A stretch of DNA of 64,000 nt from Eledone cirrhosa (taxonomy: Eukaryota). The stretch is from NCBI GenBank assembly GCA_964016885.1, contig OZ024744.1:3410001-3474000 (forward strand), in the 5' to 3' direction. Position 1 is the stretch's first letter; each line of letters opens with the position of its first letter. Below are positions 39,206 to 54,000 of the stretch, one piece after another. The notes beneath the pieces are model-generated. The model did not search any database. It saw only the letters and a list, made by a program, of their open reading frames with translations, and was not told the DNA's origin. Made by a program: the position numbers and the translations under genes.

Positions 39206-41294
39206 TTGGTGGAAGACAAGGTAGAGAAAGATAGCTTGGTGAAGAACGAAGTTTTGGGGGAAGACAAGGTAGAGAAAGATAGCTTGGTGAAGAACGAAGT
39301 TTTGGGGGAAATCAAGGTAGAGAATAATAGTTTGGTGAAGAACGAAGATTTGGGGGAAGACAAGGTAGAGAAAGATAGCTTGGTGAAGAACGACGTTTTG
39401 AGGGAAGACAAGGTAGAGAAAGATAGCTTGGTGAAGAACGAAGTTTTGGGGAAGACAATGTAGAGAAAGATAGCTTGGTGAAGAACGAAATTTTGGGGGA
39501 AGACAAGGTAGAGAAAGATAGCTTGGTGAAGAACGAAGTTTTGGGAGAAGACAAGGTAGAGAAAGATAGCTTGGTGAAGAACGAAGTTTTGAGGGAAGAC
39601 AAGGTAGAGAAAGATAGCTTGGTGAAGAACGACGTTTTGAGGTTAGACAAGGTAGATAAAGATAGCTTGGTGAAGAACGACGTTTTGTGGGAAGATAAGG
39701 TAGAGAAAGATAGCTTGGTGAAGAACGAAGTTTTGGGGGAAGACAAGGTAGAGAAAGATAGCTTGGTGAAGAACGAAGTTTTGGGGGAAGACAAGGTAGA
39801 GAAAGATAGCTTGGTGAAGAACGAAGTTTTGGGGGAAGACAAGGTAGAGAAAGATAGCTTGGTGAAGAACGAAGTTTTGGGGGAAGACAAGGTAGAGAAA
39901 GATAGCTTGGTGAAGAACGAAGTTTTGAGGGAAGGCAAGGTAGAGAAAGATAGCTTGGTGAATAACAAAGTTTTGGGAGAAGACAAGGTCGAGAAAGATA
40001 GCTTGGTGAAGAACGAAGTTTTGAGGGTAGACAAGGTAGAGAAAGATAGCTTGGTGAAGAACGAAGTTTTGGGGGAGGACAAGGTAGAGAAAGATAGCTT
40101 GGTGAAGAACGACGTTTTGAGGGAAGACAAGGTAGAGAAAGATAGCTTGGTGAAGAACGAAGTTTTGACGGAAGACAAGGTAGAGAAAGATAGCTTGGTG
40201 AAGAATGACGTTTTGTGGGAAGACAAGGTAGAGAAAGATAGCTTGGTGAAGAACGAAGTTTTGAGGGAAGACAAGGTAGAGAAAGATAGCTTGGTGAATA
40301 ACGAAGTTTTGGGGAAGACAATGTAGAGAAAGATATATTGGTGAAGAACGAAGTTTTGGGGGAAGACAAGGTAGAGAAAGATAGCTTGGTGAAGAACGAA
40401 GTTTTGAGGGAAGACAAGGTAGAGAAAGATAGCTTGGTGAATAACGAAGTTTTGGGAGAAGACAAGGTAGAGAAAGATAGCTTGGTGAAGAACGAAGTTT
40501 TGAGGGAAGACAAGGTAGAGAAAGATAGCTTGCTGAAGAACGAAGTTTTGGGGAAGACAATGTAGAGAAAGATAGCTTGGTGAAGAACGAAGTTTTGGGG
40601 GATGACAAGGTAGAGAAAGATAGCTTGGTGAAGAACGAAGTTTTGGGGGAAGACAAGGTAGAGAAAGATAGCTTGGTGAAGAACGAAGTTTTGGGGGTAG
40701 ACAAGGTAGAGAAAGATAGCTTGGTGAAGAACGACGTTTTGAGGGAATACAAGGTAGAGAAAGATAGCTTGGTGAAGAACGAAGTTTTGACGGAAGACAA
40801 GGTAGAGAAAGATAGCTTGGTGAAGAATGACGTTTTGTGGGAAGACAAGGTAGAGAAAGATAGCTTGGTGAAGAACGAAGTTTTGAGGGAAGACAAGGTA
40901 GAGAAAGATAGCTTGGTGAATAACGAAGTTTTGGGGAAGACAATGTAGAGAAAGATATATTGGTGAAGAACGAAGTTTTGGGGGAAGACAAGGTAGAGAA
41001 AGATAGCTTGGTGAAGAACGAAGTTTTGAGGGAAGACAAGGTAGAGAAAGATAGCTTGGTGAATAACGAAGTTTTGGGAGAAGACAAGGTAGAGAAAGAT
41101 AGCTTGGTGAAGAACGACGTTTTGAGGGAAGACAAGGTAGAGAAAGATAGCTTGGTGAAGAACGAAGTTTTGGGGAAGACAATGTAGAGAAAGATAGCTT
41201 GGTGAAGAATGAAGTTTTGGGGGATGACAAGGTAGAGAAAGATAGCTTGGTGAAGAACGAAGTTTTGGGGGAAGACAAGGTAGAGAAAGATAGC

Positions 41295-44200
41295 TTGGTG
41301 AAGAACGAAGTTTTGGGGGTAGACAAGGTAGAGAAAGATAGCTTGGTGAAGAACGAAGTTTTGGGGGAAATCAAGGTAGAGAATAATAGTTTGGTGAAGA
41401 ACGAAGATTTGGGGGAAGACAAGGTAGAGAAAGATAGCTTGGTGAAGAACGACGTTTTGAGGGAAGACAAGGTAGAGAAAGATAGCTTGGTGAAGAACGA
41501 AGTTTTGGGGAAGACAATGTAGAGAAAGATAGCTTGGTGAAGAACGAAATTTTGGGGGAAGACAAGGTAGAGAAAGATAGCTTGGTGAAGAACGAAGTTT
41601 TGGGAGAAGACAAGGTAGAGAAAGATAGCTTGGTGAAGAACGAAGTTTTGAGGGAAGACAAGGTAGAGAAAGATAGCTTGGTGAAGAACGACGTTTTGAG
41701 GGAAGACAAGGTAGAGAAAGATAGCTTGGTGAAGAACGACGTTTTGTGGGAAGATAAGGTAGAGAAAGATAGCTTGGTGAAGAACGAAGTTTTGGGGGAA
41801 GACAAGGTAGAGAAAGATAGCTTGGTGAAGAACGAAGTTTTGGGGGAAGACAAGGTAGAGAAAGATAGCTTGGTGAAGAACGAAGTTTTGGGGGAAGACA
41901 AGGTAGAGAAAGATAGCTTGGTGAAGAACGAAGTTTTGGGGGAAGACAAGGTAGAGAAAGATAGCTTGGTGAAGAACGAAGTTTTGAGGGAAGGCAAGGT
42001 AGAGAAAGATAGCTTGGTGAATAACAAAGTTTTGGGAGAAGACAAGGTCGAGAAAGATAGCTTGGTGAAGAACGAAGTTTTGAGGGTAGACAAGGTAGAG
42101 AAAGATAGCTTGGTGAAGAACGACGTTTTGAGGGAAGACAAGATAGAGAAAGATAGCTTGGTGAAGAACGACGTTTTGTGGGAAGACAAGGTAGAGAAAG
42201 ATAGCTTGGTGAAGAACGAAGTTTTGTGGGAAGACAAGGTAGAGAAAGATAGCTTGGTGAAGAACGAAGTTTTGGGGGAAGACAAGGTAGAGAAAGATAG
42301 CTTGGTGAAGAACGAAGTTTTGGAGGAAGACAAGGTAGAGAAAGATAGCTTGGTGAAGAACGAAGTTTTGGGGGAAATCAAGGTAGAGAATAATAGTTTG
42401 GTGAAGAACGAAGTTTTGGGGGAAGACAAGGTAGAGAAAGATAGCTTGGTGAAGAACGACGTTTTGAGGGAAGACAAGGTAGAGAAAGATAGCTTGGTGA
42501 AGAACGAAGTTTTGGGGAAGACAATGTAGAGAAAGATAGCTTGGTGAAGAACGAAGTTTTGGAGGAAGACAAGGTAGAGAAAGAAAGCTTGGTGAAGAAC
42601 GAAGTTTTGGGGAAAGACAAGGTAGAGAAAGATAGCTTGGTGAAGAACGAAGTTTTGGGGGAAGACAAGGTAGAGAAAGATAGCTTGGTGAAGAACGAAG
42701 TTTTGGGGGAAGACAAGGTAGAGAAAGATAGCTTGGTGAATAACAAAGTTTTGGGAGTAGACAAGGTCGAGAAAGATAGCTTGGTGAAGAACGAAATTTT
42801 GAGTGAAGACAAGGTAGAGAAAGATAGCTTGGTGAAGAACGAAATTTTGAGGGAAGACAAGGTAGAGAAAGATAGCTTGGTGAAGAACGACGTTTTGAGG
42901 GAAGACAAGATAGAGAAAGATAGCTTGGTGAAGAACGACGTTTTGTGGGAGGACAAGGTAGAGAAAGATAGCTTGGTGAAGAACGAAGTTTTGGGGGTAG
43001 ACAAGGTAGAGAAAGATAGCTTGGTGAAGAACGAAGTTTTGGGGGAAATCAAGGTAGAGAATAATAGTTTGGTGAAGAACGAAGATTTGGGGGAAGACAA
43101 GGTAGAGAAAGATAGCTTGGTGAAGAACGACGTTTTGAGGGAAGACAAGGTAGAGAAAGATAGCTTGGTGAAGAACGAAGTTTTGGGGAAGACAATGTAG
43201 AGAAAGATAGCTTGGTGAAGAACGAAATTTTGGGGGAAGACAAGGTAGAGAAAGATAGCTTGGTGAAGAACGAAGTTTTGGGAGAAGACAAGGTAGAGAA
43301 AGATAGCTTGGTGAAGAACGAAGTTTTGAGGGAAGACAAGGTAGAGAAAGATAGCTTGGTGAAGAACGACGTTTTGAGGCAAGACAAGGTAGAGAAAGAT
43401 AGCTTGGTGAAGAACGACGTTTTGTGGGAAGATAAGGTAGAGAAAGATAGCTTGGTGAAGAACGAAGTTTTGGGGGAAGACAAGGTAGAGAAAGATAGCT
43501 TGGTGAAGAACGAAGTTTTGGGGGAAGACAAGGTAGAGAAAGATAGCTTGGTGAAGAACGAAGTTTTGGGGGAAGACAAGGTAGAGAAAGATAGCTTGGT
43601 GAAGAACGAAGTTTTGGGGGAAGACAAGGTAGAGAAAGATAGCTTGGTGAAGAACGAAGTTTTGAGGGAAGGCAAGGTAGAGAAAGATAGCTTGGTGAAT
43701 AACAAAGTTTTGGGAGAAGACAAGGTCGAGAAAGATAGCTTGGTGAAGAACGAAGTTTTGAGGGTAGACAAGGTAGAGAAAGATAGCTTGGTGAAGAACG
43801 ACGTTTTGAGGGAAGACAAGATAGAGAAAGATAGCTTGGTGAAGAACGACGTTTTGTGGGAAGACAAGGTAGAGAAAGATAGCTTGGTGAAGAACGAAGT
43901 TTTGTGGGAAGACAAGGTAGAGAAAGATAGCTTGGTGAAGAACGAAGTTTTGGGGGAAGACAAGGTAGAGAAAGATAGCTTGGTGAAGAACGAAGTTTTG
44001 GAGGAAGACAAGGTAGAGAAAGATAGCTTGGTGAAGAACGAAGTTTTGGGGGAAATCAAGGTAGAGAATAATAGTTTGGTGAAGAACGAAGTTTTGGGGG
44101 AAGACAAGGTAGAGAAAGATAGCTTGGTGAAGAACGACGTTTTGAGGGAAGACAAGGTAGAGAAAGATAGCTTGGTGAAGAACGAAGTTTTGGGGAAGAC

Positions 44201-44675
44201 AATGTAGAGAAAGATAGCTTGGTGAAGAACGAAGTTTTGGAGGAAGACAAGGTAGAGAAAGAAAGCTTGGTGAAGAACGAAGTTTTGGGGAAAGACAAGG
44301 TAGAGAAAGATAGCTTGGTGAAGAACGAAGTTTTGGGGGAAGACAAGGTAGAGAAAGATAGCTTGGTGAAGAACGAAGTTTTGGGGGAAGACAAGGTAGA
44401 GAAAGATAGCTTGGTGAATAACAAAGTTTTGGGAGTAGACAAGGTCGAGAAAGATAGCTTGGTGAAGAACGAAATTTTGAGTGAAGACAAGGTAGAGAAA
44501 GATAGCTTGGTGAAGAACGAAATTTTGAGGGAAGACAAGGTAGAGAAAGATAGCTTGGTGAAGAACGACGTTTTGAGGGAAGACAAGATAGAGAAAGATA
44601 GCTTGGTGAAGAACGACGTTTTGTGGGAGGACAAGGTAGAGAAAGATAGCTTGGTGAAGAACGAAGTTTTGGGGG
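41295..44675 (+). repeat. Tandem duplication, period 1,678 bp (35 monomers)
   Basis: 41534>43212 and 42541>44219. Markers are GAAAGAAAGCTT ~42579/~44257 and GAGTGAAGAC 42801/44479. 35x48-2=1,678. Confidence 0.88.
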
Positions 44676-45129
44676 AAGACAAGGTAGAGAAAGATAGCTT
44701 GGTGAAGAACGAAGTTTTGGGGGAAGACAAGGTAGAGAAAGATAGCTTGGTGAAGAACGATGTTTTGGGGAAGACAATGTAGAGAAAGATAGCTTGGTGA
44801 AGAACGAAGTTTTGGGGGAAGACAAGGTATAGAAAGATAGCTTGGTGAATAACGAAGTTTTGGGAGAAGACAAGGTCGAGAAAGATAGCTTGGTGAAGAA
44901 CGAAGTTTTGAGGGAAGACAATGTAGAGAAAGATAGCTTGGTGAAGAACGAAGTTTTGGGGGAAGACAAGGTAGAGAAAGATAGCTTGGTGAAGAACGAA
45001 ATTTTGAGGGAAGACAAGGTAGAGAAAAATAGCTTGGTGAAGAACGACGTTTTGTGGGAAGACAAGGTAGAGAAAGATAGCTTGGTGAAGAACGAAGTTT
45101 TGTGGGAAGACAAGGTAGAGAAAGATAGC

Positions 45130-48120
45130 TTGGTGAAGAACGAAGTTTTGGGGGAAGACAAGGTAGAGAAAGATAGCTTGGTGAAGAACGAAGTTTTGGG
45201 GGAAGACAAGGTAGAGAAAGATAGCTTGGTGAACAACGAAGTTTTGGGGGAAGACAAGGTAGAGAAAGATAGCTTGGTGAAGAACGAAGTTTTGGGGAAG
45301 ACAATGTAGAGAAAGATATATTGGTGAAGAACGAAGTTTTGGGGGAAGACAAGGTAGAGAAAGATAGCTTGGTGAAGAACGAAGTTTTGAGGGAAGACAA
45401 GGTAGAGAAAGATAGCTTGGTGAAGAACGACGTTTTGTGGGAAGACAAGGTAGAGAAACATAGCTTGGTGAAGAACGAAGTTTTGTGGGAAGACAAGGTA
45501 GAGAAAGATAGCTTGGTGAAGAACGAAGTTTTGGGGGAAGACAAGGTAGAGAAAGATAGCTTGGTGAAGAACGAAGTTTTGGGGGAAGACAAGGTAGAGA
45601 AAGATAGCTTGGTGAAGAACGAAGTTTTGGGGGAAATCAAGGTAGAGAATAATAGTTTGGTGAAGAACGAAGTTTTGGGGGAAGACAAGGTAGAGAAAGA
45701 TAGCTTGGTGAAGAACGACGTTTTGAGGGAAGACAAGGTAGAGAAAGATAGCTTGGTGAAGAACGAAGTTTTGGGGAAGACAATGTAGAGAAAGATAGCT
45801 TGGTGAAGAACGAAGTTTTGGAGGAAGACAAGGTAGAGAAAGATAGCTTGGTGAAGAACGAAGTTTTGGGGAAAGACAAGGTAGAGAAAGATAGCTTGGT
45901 GAAGAACGAAGTTTTGGGGGAAGACAAGGTAGAGAAAGATAGCTTGGTGAAGAACGAAGTTTTGGGGGAAGACAAGGTAGAGAAAGATAGCTTGGTGAAG
46001 AACGAAGTTTTGGGGAAGACAATGTAGAGAAAGATAGCTTGGTGAAGAACGAAGTTTTGGGGGAAGACAAGGTAGAGAAAGATAGCTTGGTGAATAACAA
46101 AATTTTGGGAGAAGACAAGGTCGAGAAAGATAGCTTGGTGAAGAACGAAATTTTGAGGGAAGACAAGGTAGAGAAAGATAGCTTGGTGAAGAACGACGTT
46201 TTGAGGGAAGACAAGATAGAGAAAGATAGCTTGGTGAAGAACGACGTTTTGTGGGAAGACAAGGTAGAGAAAGATAGCTTGGTGAAGAACGAAGTTTTGG
46301 GGGAAGACAAGGTAGAGAAAGATAGCTTGGTGAAGAACGATGTTTTGGGGAAGACAATGTAGAGAAAGATATATTGGTGAAGAACGAAGTTTTGGGGGAA
46401 GACAAGGTAGAGAAAGATAGCTTGGTGAAGAACGAAGTTTTGAGGGAAGACAAGGTAGAGAAAGATAGCTTTGTGAAGAACGAAGTTTTGGGGAAGACAA
46501 TGTAGAGAAAGATAGCTTGGTGAAGAACGAAGTTTTGGAGGAAGACAAGGTAGAGAAAGATAGCTTGGTGAAGAACGAAGTTTTGGGGAAAGACAAGGTA
46601 GAGAAAGATAGCTTGGTGAAGAACGAAGTTTTGGGGGAAGACAAGGTAGAGAAAGATAGCTTGGTGAAGAACGAAGTTTTGGGGGAAGACAAGGTAGAGA
46701 AAGATAGCTTGGTGAACAACGAAGTTTTGGGGGAAGACAAGGTAGAGAAAGATAGCTTGGTGAAGAACGAAGTTTTGGGGAAGACAATGTAGAGAAAGAT
46801 ATATTGGTGAAGAACGAAGTTTTGGGGGAAGACAAGGTAGAGAAAGATAGCTTGGTGAAGAACGAAGTTTTGAGGGAAGACAAGGTAGAGAAAGATAGCT
46901 TGGTGAAGAACGACGTTTTGTGGGAAGACAAGGTAGAGAAACATAGCTTGGTGAAGAACGAAGTTTTGTGGGAAGACAAGGTAGAGAAAGATAGCTTGGT
47001 GAAGAACGAAGTTTTGGGGGAAGACAAGGTAGAGAAAGATAGCTTGGTGAAGAACGAAGTTTTGGGGGAAGACAAGGTAGAGAAAGATAGCTTGGTGAAG
47101 AACGAAGTTTTGGGGGAAATCAAGGTAAAGAATAATAGTTTGGTGAAGAACGAAGTTTTGGGGGAAGACAAGGTAGAGAAAGATAGCTTGGTGAAGAACG
47201 ACGTTTTGAGGGAAGACAAGGTAGAGAAAGATAGCTTGGTGAAGAACGAAGTTTTGGGGAAGACAATGTAGAGAAAGATAGCTTGGTGAAGAACGAAGTT
47301 TTGGAGGAAGACAAGGTAGAGAAAGATAGCTTGGTGAAGAACGAAGTTTTGGGGAAAGACAAGGTAGAGAAAGATAGCTTGGTGAAGAACGAAGTTTTGG
47401 GGGAAGACAAGGTAGAGAAAGATAGCTTGGTGAAGAACGAAGTTTTGGGGGAAGACAAGGTAGAGAAAGATAGCTTGGTGAAGAACGAAGTTTTGGGGAA
47501 GACAATGTAGAGAAAGATAGCTTGGGGAAGAACGAAGTTTTGGGGGAAGACAAGGTAGAGAAAGATAGCTTGGTGAATAACAAAGTTTTGGGAGAAGACA
47601 AGGTCGAGAAAGATAGCTTGGTGAAGAACGAAATTTTGAGGGAAGACAAGGTAGAGAAAGATAGATTGGTGAAGAACGACGTTTTGAGGGAAGACAAGAT
47701 AGAGAAAGATAGCTTGGTGAAGAACGACGTTTTGTGGGAAGACAAGGTAGAGAAAGATAGCTTGGTGAAGAACGAAGTTTTGGGGGAAGACAAGGTAGAG
47801 AAAGATAGCTTGGTGAAGAACGAAGTTTTGGGGAAGACAATGTAGAGAAAGATATATTGGTGAAGAACGAAGTTTTGGGGGAAGACAAGGTAGAGAAAGA
47901 TAGCTTGGTGAAGAACGAAGTTTTGAGGGAAGACAAGGTAGAGAAAGATAGCTTTGTGAAGAACGAAGTTTTGGGGAAGACAATGTAGAGAAAGATAGCT
48001 TGGTGATGAACGAAGTTTTGGAGGAAGACAAGGTAGAGAAAGATAGCTTGGTGAAGAACGAAGTTTTGGGGAAAGACAAGGTAGAGAAAGATAGCTTGGT
48101 GAAGAACGAAGTTTTGGGGG
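45130..48120 (+). repeat. Tandem duplication, period 1,483 bp (31 monomers)
   Basis: 45321>46804, 45800>47283, 46039>47522 and 46517>48000. Markers are GAAACATAGC ~45455/~46938 and AGCTTTGTG ~46467/~47950. Confidence 0.86.
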
Positions 48121-51065
48121 AAGTCAAGGTAGAGAAAGATAGCTTGGTGAAGAACGAAGTTTTGGGGGAAGACAAGGTAGAGAAAGATAGCTTGGTGAAG
48201 AACGAAGTTTTGGGGAAGACAATGTAGAGAAAGATAGCTTGGTGAAGAACGAAGTTTTGGGGGAAGACAAGGTAGAGAAAGATAGCTTGGTGAAGAACGA
48301 AGTTTTGGGAGAAGACAAGGTAGAGAAAGATAGCTTGGTGAAGAACGAAGTTTTGAGGGAAGACAAGGTAGAGAAAGATAGCTTGGTGAAGAACGACGTT
48401 TTGAGGTTAGACAAGGTAGAGAAAGATAGCTTGGTGAAGAACGACGTTTTGTGGGAAGATAAGGTAGAGAAAGATAGCTTGGTGAAGAACGAAGTTTTGG
48501 GGGAAGACAAGGTAGAGAAAGATAGCTTGGTGAAGAACGAAGTTTTGGGGGAAGACAAGGTAGAGAAAGATAGCTTGGTGAAGAACGAAGTTTTGGGGGA
48601 AGACAAGGTAGAGAAAGATAGCTTGGTGAAGAACGAAGTTTTGGGGGAAGACAAGGTAGAGAAAGATAGCTTGGTGAAGAACGAAGTTTTGGGGGAAGAC
48701 AAGGTAGAGAAAGATAGCTTGGTGAAGAACGAAGTTTTGAGGGAAGGCAAGGTAGAGAAAGATAGCTTGGTGAATAACAAAGTTTTGGGAGAAGACAAGG
48801 TCGAGAAAGATAGCTTGGTGAAGAACGAAGTTTTGAGGGTAGACAAGGTAGAGAAAGATAGCTTGGTGAAGAACGAAGTTTTGGGGGAGGACAAGGTAGA
48901 GAAAAATAGCTTGGTGAAGAACGACGTTTTGAGGGAAGACAAGGTAGAGAAAGATAGCTTGGTGAAGAACGAAGTTTTGACGGAAGACAAGGTAGAGAAA
49001 GATAGCTTGATGAAGAATGACGTTTTGTGGGAAGACAAGGTAGAGAAAGATAGCTTGGTGAAGAACGAAGTTTTGAGGGAAGACAAGGTAGAGAAAGATA
49101 GCTTGGTGAATAACGAAGTTTTGGGGAAGACAATGTAGAGAAAGATATATTGGTGAAGAACGAAGTTTTGGGGGAAGACAAGGTAGAGAAAGATAGCTTG
49201 GTGAAGAACGAAGTTTTGACGGAAGACAAGGTAGAGAAAGATAGCTTGGTGAAGAATGACGTTTTGTGGGAAGACAAGGTAGAGAAAGATAGCTTGGTGA
49301 AGAACGAAGTTTTGAGGGAAGACAAGGTAGAGAAAGATAGCTTGGTGAATAACGAAGTTTTGGGGAAGACAATGTAGAGAAAGATATATTGGTGAAGAAC
49401 GAAGTTTTGGGGGAAGACAAGGTAGAGAAAGATAGCTTGGTGAAGAACGAAGTTTTGAGGGAAGACAAGGTAGAGAAAGATAGCTTGGTGAATAACGAAG
49501 TTTTGGGAGAAGACAAGGTAGAGAAAGATAGCTTGGTGAAGAACGACGTTTTGAGGGAAGACAAGGTAGAGAAAGATAGCTTGGTGAAGAACGAAGTTTT
49601 GGGGAAGACAATGTAGAGAAAGATAGCTTGGTGAAGAACGAAGTTTTGGGGGATGACAAGGTAGAGAAAGATAGCTTGGTGAAGAACGAAGTTTTGGGGG
49701 AAGACAAGGTAGAGAAAGATAGCTTGGTGAAGAACGAAGTTTTGGGGGTAGACAAGGTAGAGAAAGATAGCTTGGTGAAGAACGAAGTTTTGGGGGAAAT
49801 CAAGGTAGAGAATAATAGTTTGGTGAAGAACGAAGATTTGGGGGAAGACAAGGTAGAGAAAGATAGCTTGGTGAAGAACGACGTTTTGAGGGAAGACAAG
49901 GTAGAGAAAGATAGCTTGGTGAAGAACGAAGTTTTGGGGAAGACAATGTAGAGAAAGATAGCTTGGTGAAGAACGAAGTTTTGAGGGAAGACAAGGTAGG
50001 GAAAGATAGCTTGGTGAAGAACGACGTTTTGAGGGAAGACAAGGTAGAGAAAGATAGCTTGGTGAAGAACGACGTTTTGTGGGAATATAAGGTAGAGAAA
50101 GATAGCTTGGTGAAGAACGAAGTTTTGGGGGAAGACAAGGTAGAGAAAGATAGCTTGGTGAAGAACGAAGTTTTGGGGGAAGACAAGGTAGAGAAAGATA
50201 GCTTGGTGAAGAACGAAGTTTTGGGGGAAGACAAGGTAGAGAAAGATAGCTTGGTGAAGAACGAAGTTTTGGGGGAAGACAAGGTAGAGAAAGATAGCTT
50301 GGTGAAGAACGAAGTTTTGAGGGAAGGCAAGGTAGAGAAAGATAGCTTGGTGAATAACAAAGTTTTGGGAGAAGACAAGGTCGAGAAAGATAGCTTGGTG
50401 AAGAACGAAGTTTTGAGGGTAGACAAGGTAGAGAAAGATAGCTTGGTGAAGAACGACGTTTTGAGGGAAGACAAGATAGAGAAAGATAGCTTGGTGAAGA
50501 ACGACGTTTTGTGGGAAGACAAGGTAGAGAAAGATAGCTTGGTGAAGAACGAAGTTTTGTGGGAAGACAAGGTAGAGAAAGATAGCTTGGTGAAGAACGA
50601 AGTTTTGGGGGAAGACAAGGTAGAGAAAGATAGCTTGGTGAAGAACGAAGTTTTGGAGGAAGACAAGGTAGAGAAAGATAGCTTGGTGAAGAACGAAGTT
50701 TTGGGGGAAATCAAGGTAGAGAATAATAGTTTGGTGAAGAATGAAGTTTTGGGGGAAGACAAGGTAGAGAAAGATAGCTTGGTGAAGAACGACGTTTTGA
50801 GGGAAGACAAGGTAGAGAAAGATAGCTTGGTGAAGAACGAAGTTTTGGGGAAGACAATGTAGAGAAAGATAGCTTGGTGAAGAACGAAGTTTTGGAGGAA
50901 GACAAGGTAGAGAAAGATAGCTTGGTGAAGAACGAAGTTTTGGGGAAAGACAAGGTAGAGAAAGATAGCTTGGTGAAGAACGAAGTTTTGGGGGAAGACA
51001 AGGTAGAGAAAGATAGCTTGGTGAAGAACGAAGTTTTGGGGGAAGACAAGGTAGAGAAAGATAGC

Positions 51066-54000
51066 TTGGTGAAGAACGAAGTTTTGGGGAAGACAATGTA
51101 GAGAAAGATAGCTTGGTGAAGAACGAAGTTTTGGGGGAAGACAAGGTAGAGAAAGATAGCTTGGTGAATAACAAAGTTTTGGGAGTAGACAAGGTCGAGA
51201 AAGATAGCTTGGTGAAGAACGAAATTTTGAGTGAAGACAAGGTAGAGAAAGATAGCTTGGTGAAGAACGAAATTTTGAGGGAAGACAAGGTAGAAAAAGA
51301 TAGCTTGGTGAAGAACGACGTTTTGAGGGAAGACAAGATAGAGAAAGATAGCTTGGTGAAGAACGACGTTTTGTGGGAGGACAAGGTAGAGAAAGATAGC
51401 TTGGTGAAGAACGAAGTTTTGGGGGAAGACAAGGTAGAGAAAGATAGCTTGGTGAAGAACGAAGTTTTGGGGGAAGACAAGGTAGAGAAAGATAGCTTGG
51501 TGAAGAACGATGTTTTGGGGAAGACAATGTATAGAAAGATAGCTTGGTGAAGAACGAAGTTTTGGGGGAAGACAAGGTAGAGAAAGATAGCTTGGTGAAG
51601 AACGAAGTTTTGAGGGAAGACAAGGTATAGAAAGATAGCTTGGTGAATAACGAAGTTTTGGGAGAAGACAAGGTCGAGAAAGATAGCTTGGTGAAGAACG
51701 AAGTTTTGAGGGAAGACAATGTAGAGAAAGATAGCTTGGTGAAGAACGAAGTTTTGGGGGAAGACAAGGTAGAGAAAGATAGCTTGGTGAAGAACGAAGT
51801 TTTGAGGGAAGACAAGGTAGAGAAAGATAGCTTGGTGAAGAACGACGTTTTTTGGGAAGACAAGGTAGAGAAAGATAGCTTGGTGAAGAACGAAGTTTTG
51901 TGGGAAGACAAGGTAGAGAAAGATAGCTTGCTGAAGAACGAAGTTTTGGGGGAAGACAAGGTAGAGAAAGATAGCTTGGTGAAGAACGAAGTTTTGGGGG
52001 AAGACAAGGTAGAGAAATATAGCTTGGTGAACAACGAAGTTTTGGGGGAAGACAAGGTAGAGAAAGATAGCTTGGTGAAGAACGAAGTTTTGGGGAAGAC
52101 AATGTAGAGAAAGATATATTGGTGAAGAACGAAGTTTTGGGGGAAGACAAGGTAGAGAAAGATAGCTTGGTGAAGAACGAAGTTTTGAGGGAAGACAAGG
52201 TAGAGAAAGATAGCTTGGTGAAGAACGACGTTTTGTGGGAAGACAAGGTAGAGAAACATAGCTTGGTGAAGAACGAGGTTTTGTGGGAAGACAAGGTAGA
52301 GAAAGATAGCTTGGTGAAGAACGAAGTTTTGGGGGAAGACAAGGTAGAGAAAGATAGCTTGGTGAAGAACGAAGTTTTGGGGGAAGACAAGGTAGAGAAA
52401 GATAGCTTGGTGAAGAACGAAGTTTTGGGGGAAATCAAGGTAGAGAATAATAGTTTGGTGAAGAACGAAGTTTTGGGGGAAGACAAGGTAGAGAAAGATA
52501 GCTTGGTGAAGAACGACGTTTTGAGGGAAGACAAGGTAGAGAAAGATAGCTTGGTGAAGAACGAAGTTTTGGGGAAGACAATGTAGAGAAAGATAGCTTG
52601 GTGAAGAACGAAGTTTTGGAGGAAGACAAGGTAGAGAAAGATAGCTTGGTGAAGAACGAAGTTTTGGGGAAAGACAAGGTAGAGAAAGATAGCTTGGTGA
52701 AGAACGAAGTTTTGGGGGAAGACAAGGTAGAGAAAGATAGCTTGGTGAAGAACGAAGTTTTGGGGGAAGACAAGGTAGAGAAAGATAGCTTGGTGAAGAA
52801 CGAAGTTTTGGGGAAGACAATGTAGAGAAAGATAGCTTGGTGAAGAACGAAGTTTTTGGGGAAGACAAGGTAGAGAAAGATAGCTTGGTGAATAACAAAG
52901 TTTTGGGAGAAGACAAGGTCGAGAAAGATAGCTTGGTGAAGAACGAAATTTTGAGGGAAGACAAGGTAGAGAAAGATAGCTTGGTGAAGAACGACGTTTT
53001 GAGGGAAGACAAGATAGAGAAAGATAGCTTGGTGAAGAACGACGTTTTGTGGGAAGACAAGGTAGAGAAAGATAGCTTGGTGAAGAACGAAGTTTTGGGG
53101 GAAGACAAGGTAGAGAAAGATAGCTTGGTGAAGAACGAAGTTTTGGGGAAGACAATGTAGAGAAAGATATATTGGTGAAGAACGAAGTTTTGGGGGAAGA
53201 CAAGGTAGAGAAAGATAGCTTGGTGAAGAACGAAGTTTTGAGGGAAGACAAGGTAGAGAAAGATAGCTTTGTGAAGAACGAAGTTTTGGGGAAGACAATG
53301 TAGAGAAAGATAGCTTGGTGAAGAACGAAGTTTTGGAGGAAGACAAGGTAGAGAAAGATAGCTTGGTGAAGAACGAAGTTTTGGGGAAAGACAAGGTAGA
53401 GAAAGATAGCTTGGTGAAGAACGAAGTTTTGGGGAAGACAATGTAGAGAAAGATAGCTTGGTGAAGAACGAAGTTTTGGGGGAAGACAAGGTAGAGAAAG
53501 ATAGCTTGGTGAATAACAAAGTTTTGGGAGTAGACAAGGTCGAGAAAGATAGCTTGGTGAAGAACGAAATTTTGAGTGAAGACAAGGTAGAGAAAGATAG
53601 CTTGGTGAAGAACGAAATTTTGAGGGAAGACAAGGTAGAGAAAGATAGCTTGGTGAAGAACGACGTTTTGAGGGAAGACAAGATAGAGAAAGATAGCTTG
53701 GTGAAGAACGACGTTTTGTGGGAGGACAAGGTAGAGAAAGATATCTTGGTGAAGAACGAAGTTTTGGGGGAAGACAAGGTAGACAAAGATAGCTTGGTGA
53801 AGAACGAAGTTTTGGGGGAAGACAAGGTAGAGAAAGATAGCTTGGTGAAGAACGATGTTTTGGGGAAGACAATGTAGAGAAAGATAGCTTGGTGAAGAAC
53901 GAAGTTTTGGGGGAAGACAAGGTAGAGAAAGATAGCTTGGTGAAGAACGAAGTTTTGAGGGAAGACAAGGTATAGAAAGATAGCTTGGTGAATAACGAAG